Assembly: GCF_009834535.1 (NCBI RefSeq)
Contig: NC_045697.1
Coordinates: forward strand, 29,948,001-30,012,000
Reading direction: 5' to 3'
Length of the DNA: 64,000 nt
Source: Camelus ferus
Lineage: Eukaryota
The translations under genes and the position numbers were made by a program. This document shows positions 13,498 to 25,506 of the stretch, in pieces. Within the stretch, counting starts at the first letter, position 1. Every line of letters begins with the position of its first letter. The notes beneath the pieces are model-generated. The model made no database searches, was not told the DNA's origin, and saw only the letters and a list, made by a program, of their open reading frames with translations.

Positions 13498-14389
13498 TAC
13501 ACACACACACACACAATGGAATTAAAAAATTTTGCTTTGAGATGGTTAAAATGCCCTCCAGAAGACTCGTCCCAGATACCATTTTAGTGCATTTCTAGAT
13601 GTACTAGTGTCTTATTGCAGCGTGCTGTCAGGGTTTTAGGACTTCATTGAAGAGGATGTGCGGTAGATTGGTTGTATTTATATTCTGTCTACTTCCAAAA
13701 GAATGTAAAGAAAATTACAAAACTGAAACTAAAAATCAAAGGCACTTTCTGTAAAATCACAAAGTGTAGCATTGGACAAAGAAAAGCCACAGAATGGGGA
13801 AATGAGGAGACTTGATTACTTAAATACTACAGTTTTCTTCACTCAAAGCTCCTTTGCTAGCACAGATGAAAAGGAGTCTGATTCCTTCCTGCCACAGCTT
13901 CTGGCCTCAAGAACACTTTCTCTGTTCCTCTGAATAAGACTGTGTTTGGTATTTCTGCTGCACACCCAGCAAAGTAGAATGATGTGTGCTGCCCAAGCGG
14001 AAGTGGCCTTGGTGACCCTGGCAGCCCCCTTCCCATTTGTGTGTCCCGCGGAGCGCTAAGAGGAAGAACCAGAGACTTCACTGCCTCCTCTGAGGCCGCC
14101 AGCTCCCAGCAGTGCTTTGGAGAGGAGCAGGGTGACTCCACTCATTCCCACCCTGTCCGTCCCACTGACCAACAGGAACTTCATGAAATAGCAGTAGCTG
14201 GTGGCAGCGAACTGGACGCCTGTCAGATGATCCTTGTATGCTGTGGTTGCTTGAACCCAGCGTCAGTCTTGGTGCTGAGAAAATGGTTCAGATGTAATTG
14301 ACAACAATGGTTACAAAATTGTTACTGGACCTGAAGTCCATTGTAGCTTTAAAACTGACATTTTGGGCTTTCCCAATCTTTGCAGTTGT

Positions 14390-14960
14390 TACTCATTTCA
14401 TTATCAATTTTATTGGCAAACACAAATTGAAGCCCCAGCAATGACTGGCCCTTATAGTAGAGCTGGGGTTACAGTGAAGACTGACCCTTTGCCTAGTAGG
14501 GAGGTTGGACAGTTTCAGTGATGCATAATAAATAGATGAACAGCCAGAGTGTTGGGACCTAGAGGTGGAAGATACAGTATCTTCTTAGGAAATGGTTTAG
14601 AAAGGAAGTAACAGTTAAGCTGGGTTTTGAAGGATGAGTAGGAGTTTGCTAGGCCACACAAGGGAGTTAGTGAGGCCTGTGGGAAAGGCAAGTCAGACAG
14701 AGGGAACACCAAGCACATGGAAGTGCTCAGTAATATGAGGGTGCTTTGCAGATGCAAGGAAGGAATTGTAGCTAGAACTGAGGATGAAACGGGGCAGACT
14801 GAAGATGAAAGGTAGGTTTCAGGTCCATTTGCACAAGACCTGGAATAGCATGTTAAGGAATTTAAGCAGCATCCAGCGAGCAGTGGGCAGCTAGCCTGGT
14901 GTCTATACAGAGGAGCAATGGGATTAGGTTGCTTTTTAGGAAATTACGTCTGTTGGCAGT
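14390..14960 (-). mobile_element. L2 fragment
   Basis: aaggaagtaacagttaagctgggttttgaaggatgagtaggagtttgctaggc is characteristic of L2 antisense. Confidence 0.7.
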
Positions 14961-15811
14961 GGAGACTTCTGATTACTTTCTGCTGTGCACCAAATATGAA
15001 TATTTGGAAAAAAAAGTCATCCTTTCCAAGGAGAAACAGAAATGCTTCCTATGCTTGTCTTTCTATATCCATCCTTAATTTATAGCCTGACTATGTACAT
15101 TTTATGTTCCTCAAGTTCTTTTCCAAGTCACCCATTTAAAACTTGGAAGCTATTTCCCCCTAGAACTATAGTGTTCAGCACTATGGGGATAAGTCTTCTG
15201 TAACCCATACCACCTCTGAGTTAGTCCCTCTGTAGAACCCAGTCTCCTGCAAGGGTCTGGGCTTAACTTGGCACCTGGGGTGGGGTGTTTAATAACAACA
15301 TGTGGAATGAGTAGGAAAATCGATTCAGAATACTAACTAGCCACATTTGGAGCTGACCTCCCCTTTCTAGGATAGCAGAGGTCCTCTCCAGTTCTTGGCT
15401 TTTCCCCATTATCCTCAGGATGGTGAGATGGGGGCAAAGGAGCCTTAGCAAGAGTCAAAGATAGCTAGACTTTGGCGGAGAAGCAGGACCAGAGGCGGCT
15501 GTGGGCACAGTTGTAATGCAGCCGAGGTTGCCCTTACACTTCTCACCACCTTTGCTTTGTTAGTTTCCTCCCTCCCTTCCTTCCTCCCCAGCATTAGAGA
15601 CCACGGCCATGTGGGTCTGCCCTATGAGAGGACTAACATTGTTTCATTCCCTCGCTCCTGTCCTTTCATCTCTCCCAACTACCAACCTAACTTTAGCCAC
15701 AGGCAGGATGCTTGGGAGGAGAAGTGAGCCAATGGTTGACACAGATTTCCACCTGTGGGCGGGGCGGAGGTCAAAACCTGCTTGGAGCAGGGTGGGGTTG
15801 CGGGGAAGAGA

Positions 15812-16030
15812 TGATAATAATCGCTGCCAGTTGTAAAGCGCACACTATGCACCAGGCCTGTGCCAAGGGTATCACATGCAGTATTTCACACTCTCACACC
15901 ATGACTAATAGGTTTTATTGTGCCCATTTTTCAGAGGAAGAAACTGAGACTTGAAGTTGAGTGCTTAAATAACTTGCCTAGTGAGTTGCAGAGTTAGAAT
16001 TTGACCCCTAGGTCTTCCTGTCTCTGGAGG
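15812..16030 (-). mobile_element. MIR SINE
   Basis: actatgcaccaggcctgtgccaag...cccatttttcagaggaagaaactgagact...taaataacttgcc. Confidence 0.8.
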
Positions 16031-17244
16031 CTCTTACTATTCTTGTAGTTTTATGGGTCTTAATCCTGGGACTTGATTCTGAGCACTCCTTGCTAAAGAT
16101 GTGTGGGGAGCGAGGAGATAAACTGGCTGCTTGATCCACTCAAGTCCAGATACAGAAGTTTTCAGAGCTTCATCCCAGCAAGTTCACATTCCAAGCTTTC
16201 TCACACCCTCCTGACAGTAAACCCAGCAATACCAAGTTTTAGCTGTGCAAAAGAAATACTAATTACAATCATTTATACATAATTACTACAGAGCACAATG
16301 ATGATTACATGTATCATTGCCTGTGTCGGAGTAACTTCAGTCTCCATTTTATTTGGTTACACTAAATTCTCTTCATGTCTTGCCAGCTTTCATGGTTCAT
16401 TGATCACATGTGTTGTCTTAAACATGTAGCTTATAAAAGTAGGGGGGATACTCTGCGTGGGAGTCATTGTGGGAAAGGCAGCTTGGGGGTGAAGGAGCTT
16501 GATTACCTGGTGAAGGCATTTGGAGGGCATCCTGTGGACACCCAGGAACCTGGGAGTCATTGGAGCACAGAAGCTGCTTGACCAAAGTCAGGGCTTAGAT
16601 GGGGCCAGTTTGGCTGTGGTGGGCAGACTGGTTAAGGCGGCAGAGATCGGTGGCTGGAGATTAGTTATTAAAATGCAGGAAGTAAAGCACCGTAGGAGGG
16701 CCCACTTCTCAGTGCAGAAACCCGAGTTTGTAATCCTAGCTCTGCCGCTTTGGAGCTCTGACCTCAGTTCTGACCTCAGATATGTGCCTGGTGATGGTTT
16801 CCTTTTCTAGGTTTTTAAAATTGAATTTTAGGCCTCTTCTCATCCAAAAATTACATACTTTCTAGACAGCAGGAATGGTCATGCAAAGGTTGGACTGTGA
16901 GAGAGATTGAAAATGAATGAATCAGAGGACTCCCAGATACTCAGATAATTGCTCGAGGTTCCCTTCCATGCTTGTAGATTATTTCACTACTGTTGCTTTT
17001 TTTAGTGTTAAGAACAGAAGTGATAGGTCAGAAGACTTTTCATCCCTAGCAAATGTAGGAAGATAAAAATTTGTTTACAATGTCCCAAATTTTAGCTCTT
17101 CTCCCTCCTGCTGCCTTCCCAGCAAGACCTGGGGGAAGGATATGCCCAGGTGTTTAATTTTGAATATTAGGACAGGATTTTCTTGGGTACAGTTTGGCAT
17201 AGTAGGGCCCCTTTTTATTGGGAAAAGACCTCCTGGAGAGCTTT

Positions 17245-17683
17245 CATAGTTAAGGCAGCACTGGCTGCTGTAACTAATAAACTCGTAGCTTCAGTGGTTT
17301 AATACAGTGAAATGTCCTTCTCACTCTCATGTAGTGCAGTTTTGGCAACAGGGAAGGGTGTGGGTGGAGATGACTGACTCTCCTCCAGGGAGCTGTTCAG
17401 GGACCCCAGCTAACAGAGACTCCGTCCTCATCGCATGGCTTCTAAGGTCTTCCTTGGCCCCGACATTTAACTAGTAAATAGGGAAGGCAAGAGAGAGAGC
17501 GGAGAATTGCCAGAGAGAAGCTTTGGGGGCAGGCCTGGGTGTGACCTGTACCGCTCCACCCACATTTCAGTGGCCAGGACTCTGTCCTATTGCTACAGAA
17601 AATTGCAAAGGAGGCTGAGAGATGTAGCCTAGCTGTGTGTCTAGGGAGAAAGGAGACAAGTTTGATGAGCGATCTCTGCCTCA
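17245..17683 (-). mobile_element. MaLR LTR (MLT1J/K-like)
   Basis: ctggctgctgtaactaataaac...cagtggtttaataca...gcaaaggaggctgagagatgtagcctagctgtgtg. Confidence 0.7.
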
Positions 17684-19869
17684 GGAGTTGTATTAGAATA
17701 ATAAGAGCACTGCTGAGAATTCACAGGCCCAAGTTCTTGGAAATTCCAGTCGACAAAGACTTTCTGAAGTTCTTACAATTTCTTCTTTAGGTCTGTTCAA
17801 GGCAAGTGGCTTAAGACTTGACACCGCCTTGACGATGCGTACAGCACCCCACAAACATTTGGTAGATATTAATGATGGTGATTTGCATTCCATCACTGTT
17901 TCGTTCGTATGAAACTCCCCTTCGGTTCAGGTTTCACTTTCCCCCATACTTTAGTCAATTTCTCTTGACCTCAGAATGTTTATTAACTTTCCTGCTTTTG
18001 CCCAGGCAACTCTAAAAAGAAATCTCTGAAAAAATGACATCTGTAACAGGTTTATGGTCAAGGTTAAATTGATCTCATGCTTAGGTTCAAAAACGGTTGC
18101 CACGTTAGATTACATGAAAGTGCGCATACCTTCGTCCAGGATATGTAGTCAAACCAGAGAGGGATCAAGGAAACCACATAGAAAAACACAATGGAGCCAA
18201 ATTAAAAGGGACACAAAGTAGGTAATTTTGTGATCATAGTTACTTATTGCAGCTGTGCAAACCAACTAAATGAGATGGTGATGTAATCTCTTGTTGCAAA
18301 GAATAAAGTGATTTCCCATGAGATTAAACATGAACTTCCCAACCCTATGTTCAAGGTCTAGATCGATTCTCTGTTCTCCCCCAAACTCTAGGATAATTAT
18401 TAGACTTGAATTTCTGAATTGAATGATGTATAGAGTAAGCTGAATTTTGCAGTCCTTTAAAAATTTTATCTTTACTATTTATTATAGTCCAGTAAAGTAA
18501 AGTAAGCTGCTGTTGGTTTATTTCCTAACATTTTGATGGTCTCATAATGTATCTACAGTATTGTCAGTATTGTGCCCCTTGAAGAGCTATTATATAAGCT
18601 GCTGGAAAAGTCAATATGAAACAGAACCTCTGTCCCAGAGTAGGGATGTGAGAAATTTTTTTTTTAATTGCAGACAGACACGGATTTCTTCAGTTTTATT
18701 TTATAACCATTAAACCATCATTGAGAGGCTACCATAAACTGGATATTAAGTGTTACAAAGAGTTATAAAATACAGCCTGTGGCTGAATCAGAACATCCAT
18801 ATCATTCCTGGATGTCTCAACAATTGTTTCTTCAAGGAATATAATATTAAATATTTTAAGAGCTGGATTCCACTGAATGTGTGCAGAGTATGTCTTTAAT
18901 TCACCTTCTCAAAAATTCACGGTGGCCATGCATTAGCTGGCATGACAATGAACCACATGTGCCCACAGTTCTGGTCTTCCTAAAGGTTTTAAATCTCTAA
19001 GTGAACATGCCCCATGAGGGAGAGACCTGGGGTCTGCCTTGTCCCCCTTTGTATCTCCCGTGCCCAGGTTCGGGCTGGGACATCATGCATGCCTGATAAA
19101 TATTTGTTGAGCACATGAAGAAGCATATGGAGCAGCCTTACTTGAAATAGGTCACGGTGTGTTTTAGATTTAGAATATAAGAGTTTAGTAGACACCACTT
19201 TATTTCGATCATATAAGAAACACATGTATATTTGCTTACCTTCAATGTCATTAACTTTTTTCATAATTGAGGATTATCCAAGATCGTTAACTTTTCTTCC
19301 TGTTTCTAGTCGTGTCTCACCAGACATGCTTTAGGTAAGCGATACACATGTGTTGACTTGATTCATCTATATGAGGTTTCTATCCAAAGGTGGCCGGAAA
19401 AAGAAAATACGTAAAACTTATTTTAGTCTTTGGCAGCTGGCTGATGGAAAAGTTGAAACTGAAATAACTTGTACTTACTTAGCGAAAAGGGACTTACCCA
19501 ATATACTAAATGAGTGGATATAGAAGTTTCTGAAACCATTTACCAAATGCTAGCAACACACATTGTCCTGTTGGCTCCTCACCATGGTCCTGGACAAAAG
19601 GTCGGGTTTTCAAAATCCCCATTTTATGAAAGGGGAAACTGAGACTCTGCTCATGTGACTTCCCAGCGGCTCATTGCTAGTGCATGTTTTACCTATGAAA
19701 ACCTGGACTGCTTACTCCAGACTCACTGCACTGCCGTTTTAACACTGCTGAGTGTTCTAAGTTGTTTACGATCTTTTGTTCATCTGATACCCGTGATTTT
19801 CAAGAAACAAAACTTGTCTGTCTGTCTAATTATAAACTGACTTTACTACTACTTGTACATGGTGATGTT

Positions 19870-20440
19870 TTAAAACTACAAATCAGATCGTTTCAGTCTT
19901 CATCTTAAAAATCGGATGCACTAAGTACATTGCACTTAGAAAAAGATCTCGATGCCTTACTTGGGCCTGGATGCTGTTTCCACCTTGGCTGTCATGTCCT
20001 GTGTTTCCTCCTCCCACTCACTCGGCTTGGCCACATTGGCCTTTGAGCATACTAAGCCCACTCCTGCCTCCAGGCCTTTCCACTTACTGTTCAATCTGCC
20101 CAGAGTTCTTGTTTTCCATCTTTCTTTGACTATTACCTCTGTATCATCCCATTTTTTCCCTCAAATGTTCCTCCCAGAGCAGCCTTCTGACCACCCCATT
20201 AAATAACCACCCACAGGAGTTACTATGCTGACTTCCCAGCGCTTGTGCTACCTGAAATTTTCCTGTCGTTTATTTACTTGTTTATTTTCTATTCCTCCGA
20301 CTGCCTCCCATGCTCACCTGGACCAAGAAGACAAGTTCTATGCAGCAGGTCCTTTGTCTCGTCCACTACTGCCTTCCCTGGGCCGGAGCAGTGTGAACAC
20401 ACAGCAGGCACTTGATAAATAATTGCTGGATAAATAAATA
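19870..20440 (+). mobile_element. L2 3' fragment
   Basis: tcctgcctccaggcctttccacttactgttc...acacagcaggcacttgataaataattgctggataaataaat tail. Confidence 0.75.
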
Positions 20441-20702
20441 CCTCAATATTAGTTCTTCCTAATTAGCTCTCGTATCTCTGATATTTTTTAATATCTTTAT
20501 TTTTGTTTGTAGTTGTATGTGTAATGCAGTAAGACGTGGAATGGTACCAAAGTTTAATTTTTTTGTTGTGTAAAATTATGCCAGTGTTCCAGAAATGTCT
20601 TTAGATGAGTACGGAGATAATCTGCCTTGCCAGACGGAGAGGGCAGACTTCTCAGACTTCTCTCCTTCTAGCTTTAGGGTTTGGAGATCACAGGTGGGAA
20701 AT

Positions 20703-21286
20703 TGCTACAGAGTAGGGAGGTGACAATGAGGCAGGAAGCCCCATAAAAAGACAGGCAGGACCCTTAGGCAGGGCCGCTGCTCTCCCAGCACCGTCTGGTT
20801 CCCTGGCCAGGAAGCTCTATCTCACTTTTGCCTCTAAAAGCGGCTAACTTACACCTAAAATTCTATTGGTTCGCTGAGCTCATTTCTGATTGGTTATTTC
20901 CTTCACTCCTGATTGGTTATTACTGTCACTTCTGATTGGTCCACTTCCCTAACTTCTGATTGGTCCATTTGTAGTACTTCATTTGCATGGATCTCACTCC
21001 TGATGGGTTATTTCTCTCACTCCTGATTGGTCTATTTCTTCAAAGCTTGTTCCTGGTTGGTCAACTTCTGTTATACTTTATTTGCATATGATGTTGCAAA
21101 GTGTAAAACTGGCAGCCTATAAAAGGCCTGTGTAAAACTACAGACGGGGTCCAGAGCTTGGAGTGTTAACTCTTTTGGGCCTGCTGGCCTAATAAACCTG
21201 AGTTCTCCAACTCTCCAACTGCTGGTTGGTATCTTGTCTGGATCCAGGTTGCTGTCACAACTGAGCCGTAGCACCGAGCTGTAACA
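20703..21286 (+). mobile_element. ERV LTR (584 bp), sense to LIMCH1, with tandem CCAAT array
   Basis: Termini TGCTACAG...CTGTAACA (7/8 inverted match). Repeated ctgATTGG units, ATTTGCAT x2, TATAAAA at 21118-21124 and AATAAA at 21191-21196, in U3-R-U5 order. Family not identified. Confidence 0.85.
20860..21062 (+). repeat. About 23-24 bp imperfect tandem repeat (cacttctgattggttatttcctt-like) in the LTR U3
   Basis: ATTGG starts at 20865, 20889, 20912, 20935, 20959 and 21026; degenerate copies at 21003 and 21056. Confidence 0.85.
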
Positions 21287-22624
21287 TATTTTTCCGCAAC
21301 AACAACAGGTGAATGCCGGTCCCATTTCGTCTGGCGTGCCTCCTGATGGCGCTGTGTGTCATGCCCAGACACAAGTGAGATCCGACGTGTCTAACACTTG
21401 ACTGTCTCCCAGGAGACACGCGCTTTCACTTTCCTTTTGTTTCCTAGTGTTGATATTCTCCCATTGTATTTAGATAGTGTTTGGGTTTTTGTTCTTTGTT
21501 TCCTGTCTTTTATTTTGGGGGGGGTTTGTTGTTGTTGTGCTTTGATAACATAACTGAAGTTGAACTTTCTAAAGCACCAAGTTGCAATATAAAATGACTG
21601 GCCCAAGATATGAAGGCTGTCCCAGCTGGGCTGCGGACTAGCTGTGCATGTCTCTGGGGACAGCGTCACATCTGTTGGGGGCTCCGTCTTTTCTTCAATA
21701 AAAATGGTAGAGTGAATACATGACTTGTCTCTGTAGGACAGGACAGTTGGGGAACAGTACATCTTAGAAGGTTCATAAATATAAAAATATCATCATCATG
21801 CCTTTAAAGCATGTCATCAATAAGTATTGAAAATACTGTATTAATATATAGGTGGGCAACAGTGGTTTTTAGTAAAATTGCAAGTGAATAAATATCCTTG
21901 ACTCACACTCATAGCTGTATTGTTGAACTTCTCATCTGATTCTAATATATACAAAAAATGGCCTCAGTTTAATGCAAAATACAAGATAAGCAGATGGGCA
22001 TTTCTGCAATGTGAATTCAGTGTTATCTTTTATTGTTGTGTACTGTAAACTGTGTACATAACTCGGGCAATGTTTACATGCAAAAAATACAGCTGCCTTG
22101 ATATTGAAAATATTTCAAGTATTTTAGAGAACTATGGCTTTTTATTTTTTAATTTGTGGTTAAATATTTTGATAGATATCTTAGCAGGTTTTTTTTTTTT
22201 TTTTGGTTGCTCTTTTAATTAAGGTCTAACATTACATTTTTTTTTACATCTTCATGTGACAGGAAAGATTTCTGCCATATAAGTATAATTCTACAAAGGA
22301 TGAATATAATGAAATATTTAAGATTGTTTAAAAGTCTAGACGTGTGTAAAAGAGGAGTTAGTGGATCCATCGTTACTAAAAATAATACAATTCTTAGATA
22401 TAAAAGACAAAATGGGACCGCTTTAAAAAAGGATTTTTAAATTATGAAATTTTTGGTAGAGTATTTGTTATTTTTCCTACTTTGGCTAATTAGAAACAAA
22501 GCTCTGGGATCTGATACAATGGTATTTTATTTCATTAGAAAAATCTGAAAGTATTAGAGAAAGTGTTGATGTAGAATGCTGTGAACTGCATTAGTATAAA
22601 TAAATACTTACACACAAATGTAGA

Positions 22625-22845
22625 GAACCATTTATGGAGAACTTACTATGCACCAGGCTCTCTGCTAACTTCTCACATATTTTGTCACATTTAAGCCTCA
22701 TTGACACCCATGCAATTGCTGCCATTGTTTCTCTGTTAGGGTTGAGGAAGCTCATGCTAATGGACTTGCCCAAAGTAACACCCCCAGTGAGTGACCAAGC
22801 TGGACTCTGGATTCAGTCAGTTGGACTTCAGAGCCAATGCTCCTC
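22625..22845 (-). mobile_element. MIR SINE
   Basis: acttactatgcaccaggctct...gacttgcccaaagtaacac...gacttcagagcc. Confidence 0.75.
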
Positions 22846-23163
22846 CGCCTCTCCTCACACCAACTCCACATCAGTCTGTCCACCAGTATTAAAAAGGACA
22901 CATTTCCATATGACACATTCTGCAGGGTAAATTATTCAACCTCCAGGATACATTGCTAAGTGGAAGAATAAATTGTAGGACAGGACATATTATATGCTAC
23001 ACCTGTCTTTTCTTTAAAAAAATTATAAATATCTTTGTTTATTTTCTTTAGAAACTCTTCAAGGTTACCTTCAGGTTATAGTCGGGGCACCATGGGACCC
23101 AGGTGACAGTGAGACTTATTTCACTGGATTTCCTTTTGATTCCTTTTGAATTGTCAACACTGT

Positions 23164-23577
23164 TGTTGGTTGGCAACTTTGGGATTTCTCAGGGTGAAAT
23201 TCAAACCTGGTCCCCAGACACAGAAGGCAGGGAGAGCCCGAGAAGGAGGCAGATAGCTCCAGATTTATAGGTGGCGGCCTTAATGGGCAAGGGAACTTAC
23301 ATATGATGCTTGTCTTGGGCGGCTGAAAGATGAGTAGAATCTCACCAGAATCTTAAAAGTTTATATGGAAGCTTTAACTGGGTCAGGCACATATTCAGTC
23401 CAGATGGTCTCAATAACACACTGCTATCTCAGGGCCGAGTGCCTGAAAATGGCTCCCACTGTGGGAACAAGGGGCAGAACCTACATTCCAAGGACAGGGG
23501 AGCCGGTGAGGAGCCTCCAACTGCTGGGGGCCAGGCCGCGTTAACCGGCAGTCATGTCCACTTGACCTTGTCCAACA
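23164..23577 (-). mobile_element. Solo ERV LTR (414 bp, probably ERVL class)
   Basis: Termini TGTTGG...CCAACA with a perfect 5-bp TSD ACTGT (23159-23163 and 23578-23582). Minus-strand TATA-like motif near 23360. Confidence 0.85.
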
Positions 23578-24278
23578 ACTGTGCACGAATACTGTTTAAA
23601 TAAGTCCAATTTAGAATGACACTGTTAAGAACTAGTGGAAAAGTTAATGTACCTTAAGAATGTTGTACATTTAAAGTCTCCTTTGGAGACATCATCTATT
23701 TATTTGGAATACAAGCTATGGGACGTTAACCATAGCACTGAGCTGATCCAGGGAGCTCGGGTGCTGAGCCTGACCAGCCGTACCACTGACCAGCTCATCA
23801 CTATCTTCTGTTTTCTCAGGCTTCAGTTCTCTCCATTATAAGATGTGAAGAGTGAACAAGTTGCCTTCCAACTTGGGAAACCAGTAATTCCAAAAAAAGC
23901 TATAAAAAAACACTCTTTAAAGATTAAATTCATGGTTAAAATTAAGTGGATTCATGGAAGGAGCACCGTCTTGGCTCTCAGTTGCCAAAAAAGGCACTAC
24001 TTTTTTCCATCTACTCTAGGTGTTACCTCTTAGTGGCAGCATTTGGAATCGCAGTGAAAGTGTCCAAAAACAGGCAAAGCAGGAATGTCCTATCTGTCGT
24101 AACCACTGTAGGGACGTTTTTCAATATATGAATACATAGTGATGTCAAAGTCAAGTATAAGCTTAATTCAAGACTAATTATTGAACTATTTAAAAGAATC
24201 TTTTGTTACTGGTTTGTAGAAATCTATCAAGCATAGGTTCTTCAGAATTTACTATAATTTGGATTGCGTGAAATATAA

Positions 24279-24501
24279 CAGAGCATGGCAAACTTTTTGC
24301 ATAAAGGGCCAGATAGTAAAAATCGTATGCTCTGTAGGCTATAGGTTTTCTGTTGTAACGACTCAGCTCTGCTGTCATTGCACAAAAGCAGCAGTAAACA
24401 GTACATAAACGAATGGGCTGGGCTGTGTTCCAGTAAAACTTGTTTACAAAAACAGATACTGGGCCAAATTTGGCCCATGGCTCACAGTTTGCTGACCCCT
24501 G
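24279..24501. mobile_element. MER58A hAT-Charlie DNA transposon
   Basis: TIRs cagagcatggcaaact...agtttgctgacccctg; internal aaagggccagatagtaaa and gctgtgttccagtaaaact. Confidence 0.85.
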
Positions 24502-25436
24502 AATTTTACTAACCGTCTGCCCTGAGTTTCTCTTTGCCCTGTGTCCTGAGAGAAATTACCTGACAGCCTCTCCTTTAATTCCTGAATGTGAGAATAAGTG
24601 CTTCCATTCTGAGACCCCAAACCTTCAGTAATTCCTTTATGAATGACTTACTTGGCAAGTGCTACATTCTACCACATCACCCTGATGCCAGCCCTGTTTC
24701 CGTTTTGCTAGTTTCCTTCCTTAGTTCTTTTCACTCTGAACTGACGTTCACTGAAGACAGTTACGGTTGCTTCTCCCGCATTTCCTTGCTTGTATTAACA
24801 TTTTTACGTGATTTCAACCTTTTACCCCGAAAACATTTTGCTCACATATCTTTTATACCGAGGGAATTGTGGTCAGCCTTGTTTAAAATCCTCAAGATAT
24901 GATTGGTTAACCTCTTACTAAACATATTCTTCCCTTTCTTAAGTGAAGCTCACCACATTTAACAAGCCACTCTTCTCAAAGAGCAAGAGTGTTTGGAGGT
25001 AGAATTAGTCTTGGCAAATTATTTGCAAAGATAGATGTTGGGCTCTGAACTGAGTGCCTCCCTGGAGAGACCCCTGCCTTAGCCAAGAGAATTGGGAACA
25101 AGCCTTACTGTGTAGCATTACCTGGCTCCAGTCCTAGCCAGTTCCCCCCAGCCTCAGTCCAGCTCACATCCTTGTCCTTTGCCTCAAAGCCCCTCCCCAT
25201 CTCCAGCCTTTCTTTTCTCCCAACATTTCCAAATTCTATAACTTCACCTGCCATGGACAAACTTGACATTGGCAAAGCTTGGATGCACGAAGGCTCATAG
25301 ATTATTGAGATTTACTATGTACTTTAAATTTGCTGCTTTTCCTATTCAGCAATTTCGTTGTCACCCCGGATAAAGGTGATTTGTGTGATCCGTCTTGCTT
25401 TATGTCTCACTTGACATTCTGCCTTTTTCATGACAG

Positions 25437-25506
25437 GTTGCTGAATGCTATAAAGCCAGGACTTGTTAAAAAGATCAATAGATTGCCTACCCCCATTGCA
25501 GGATTG
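25437..25506 (+). CDS. LIMCH1: LIMCH1 coding exon (CH domain; probably exon 3), 70 nt
   Basis: Acceptor ctttttcatgacAG (25435-25436). The first G completes the GAG codon left by the previous exon (phase 2 match), then [23 protein letters not shown] and donor TTG|GTGAGT. Visible inside track ORF 25330..25518. Confidence 0.95.

Larger units (their letters stand above)
2091..25436 (+). other. LIMCH1: LIMCH1 GT-AG intron (23,346 nt, phase 2)
   Basis: Bounded by the two exons, with codon phase continuous across it. No further CH-domain exon seen up to 64000, so 25507-64000 is part of the next intron. Confidence 0.85.

Noticed and set aside
20860..21062. Regularly spaced repeats resembling a CRISPR array
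   Set aside because: Units are about 23 bp tandem copies with no unique spacers, inside an LTR in mammalian DNA, and there are no cas genes.
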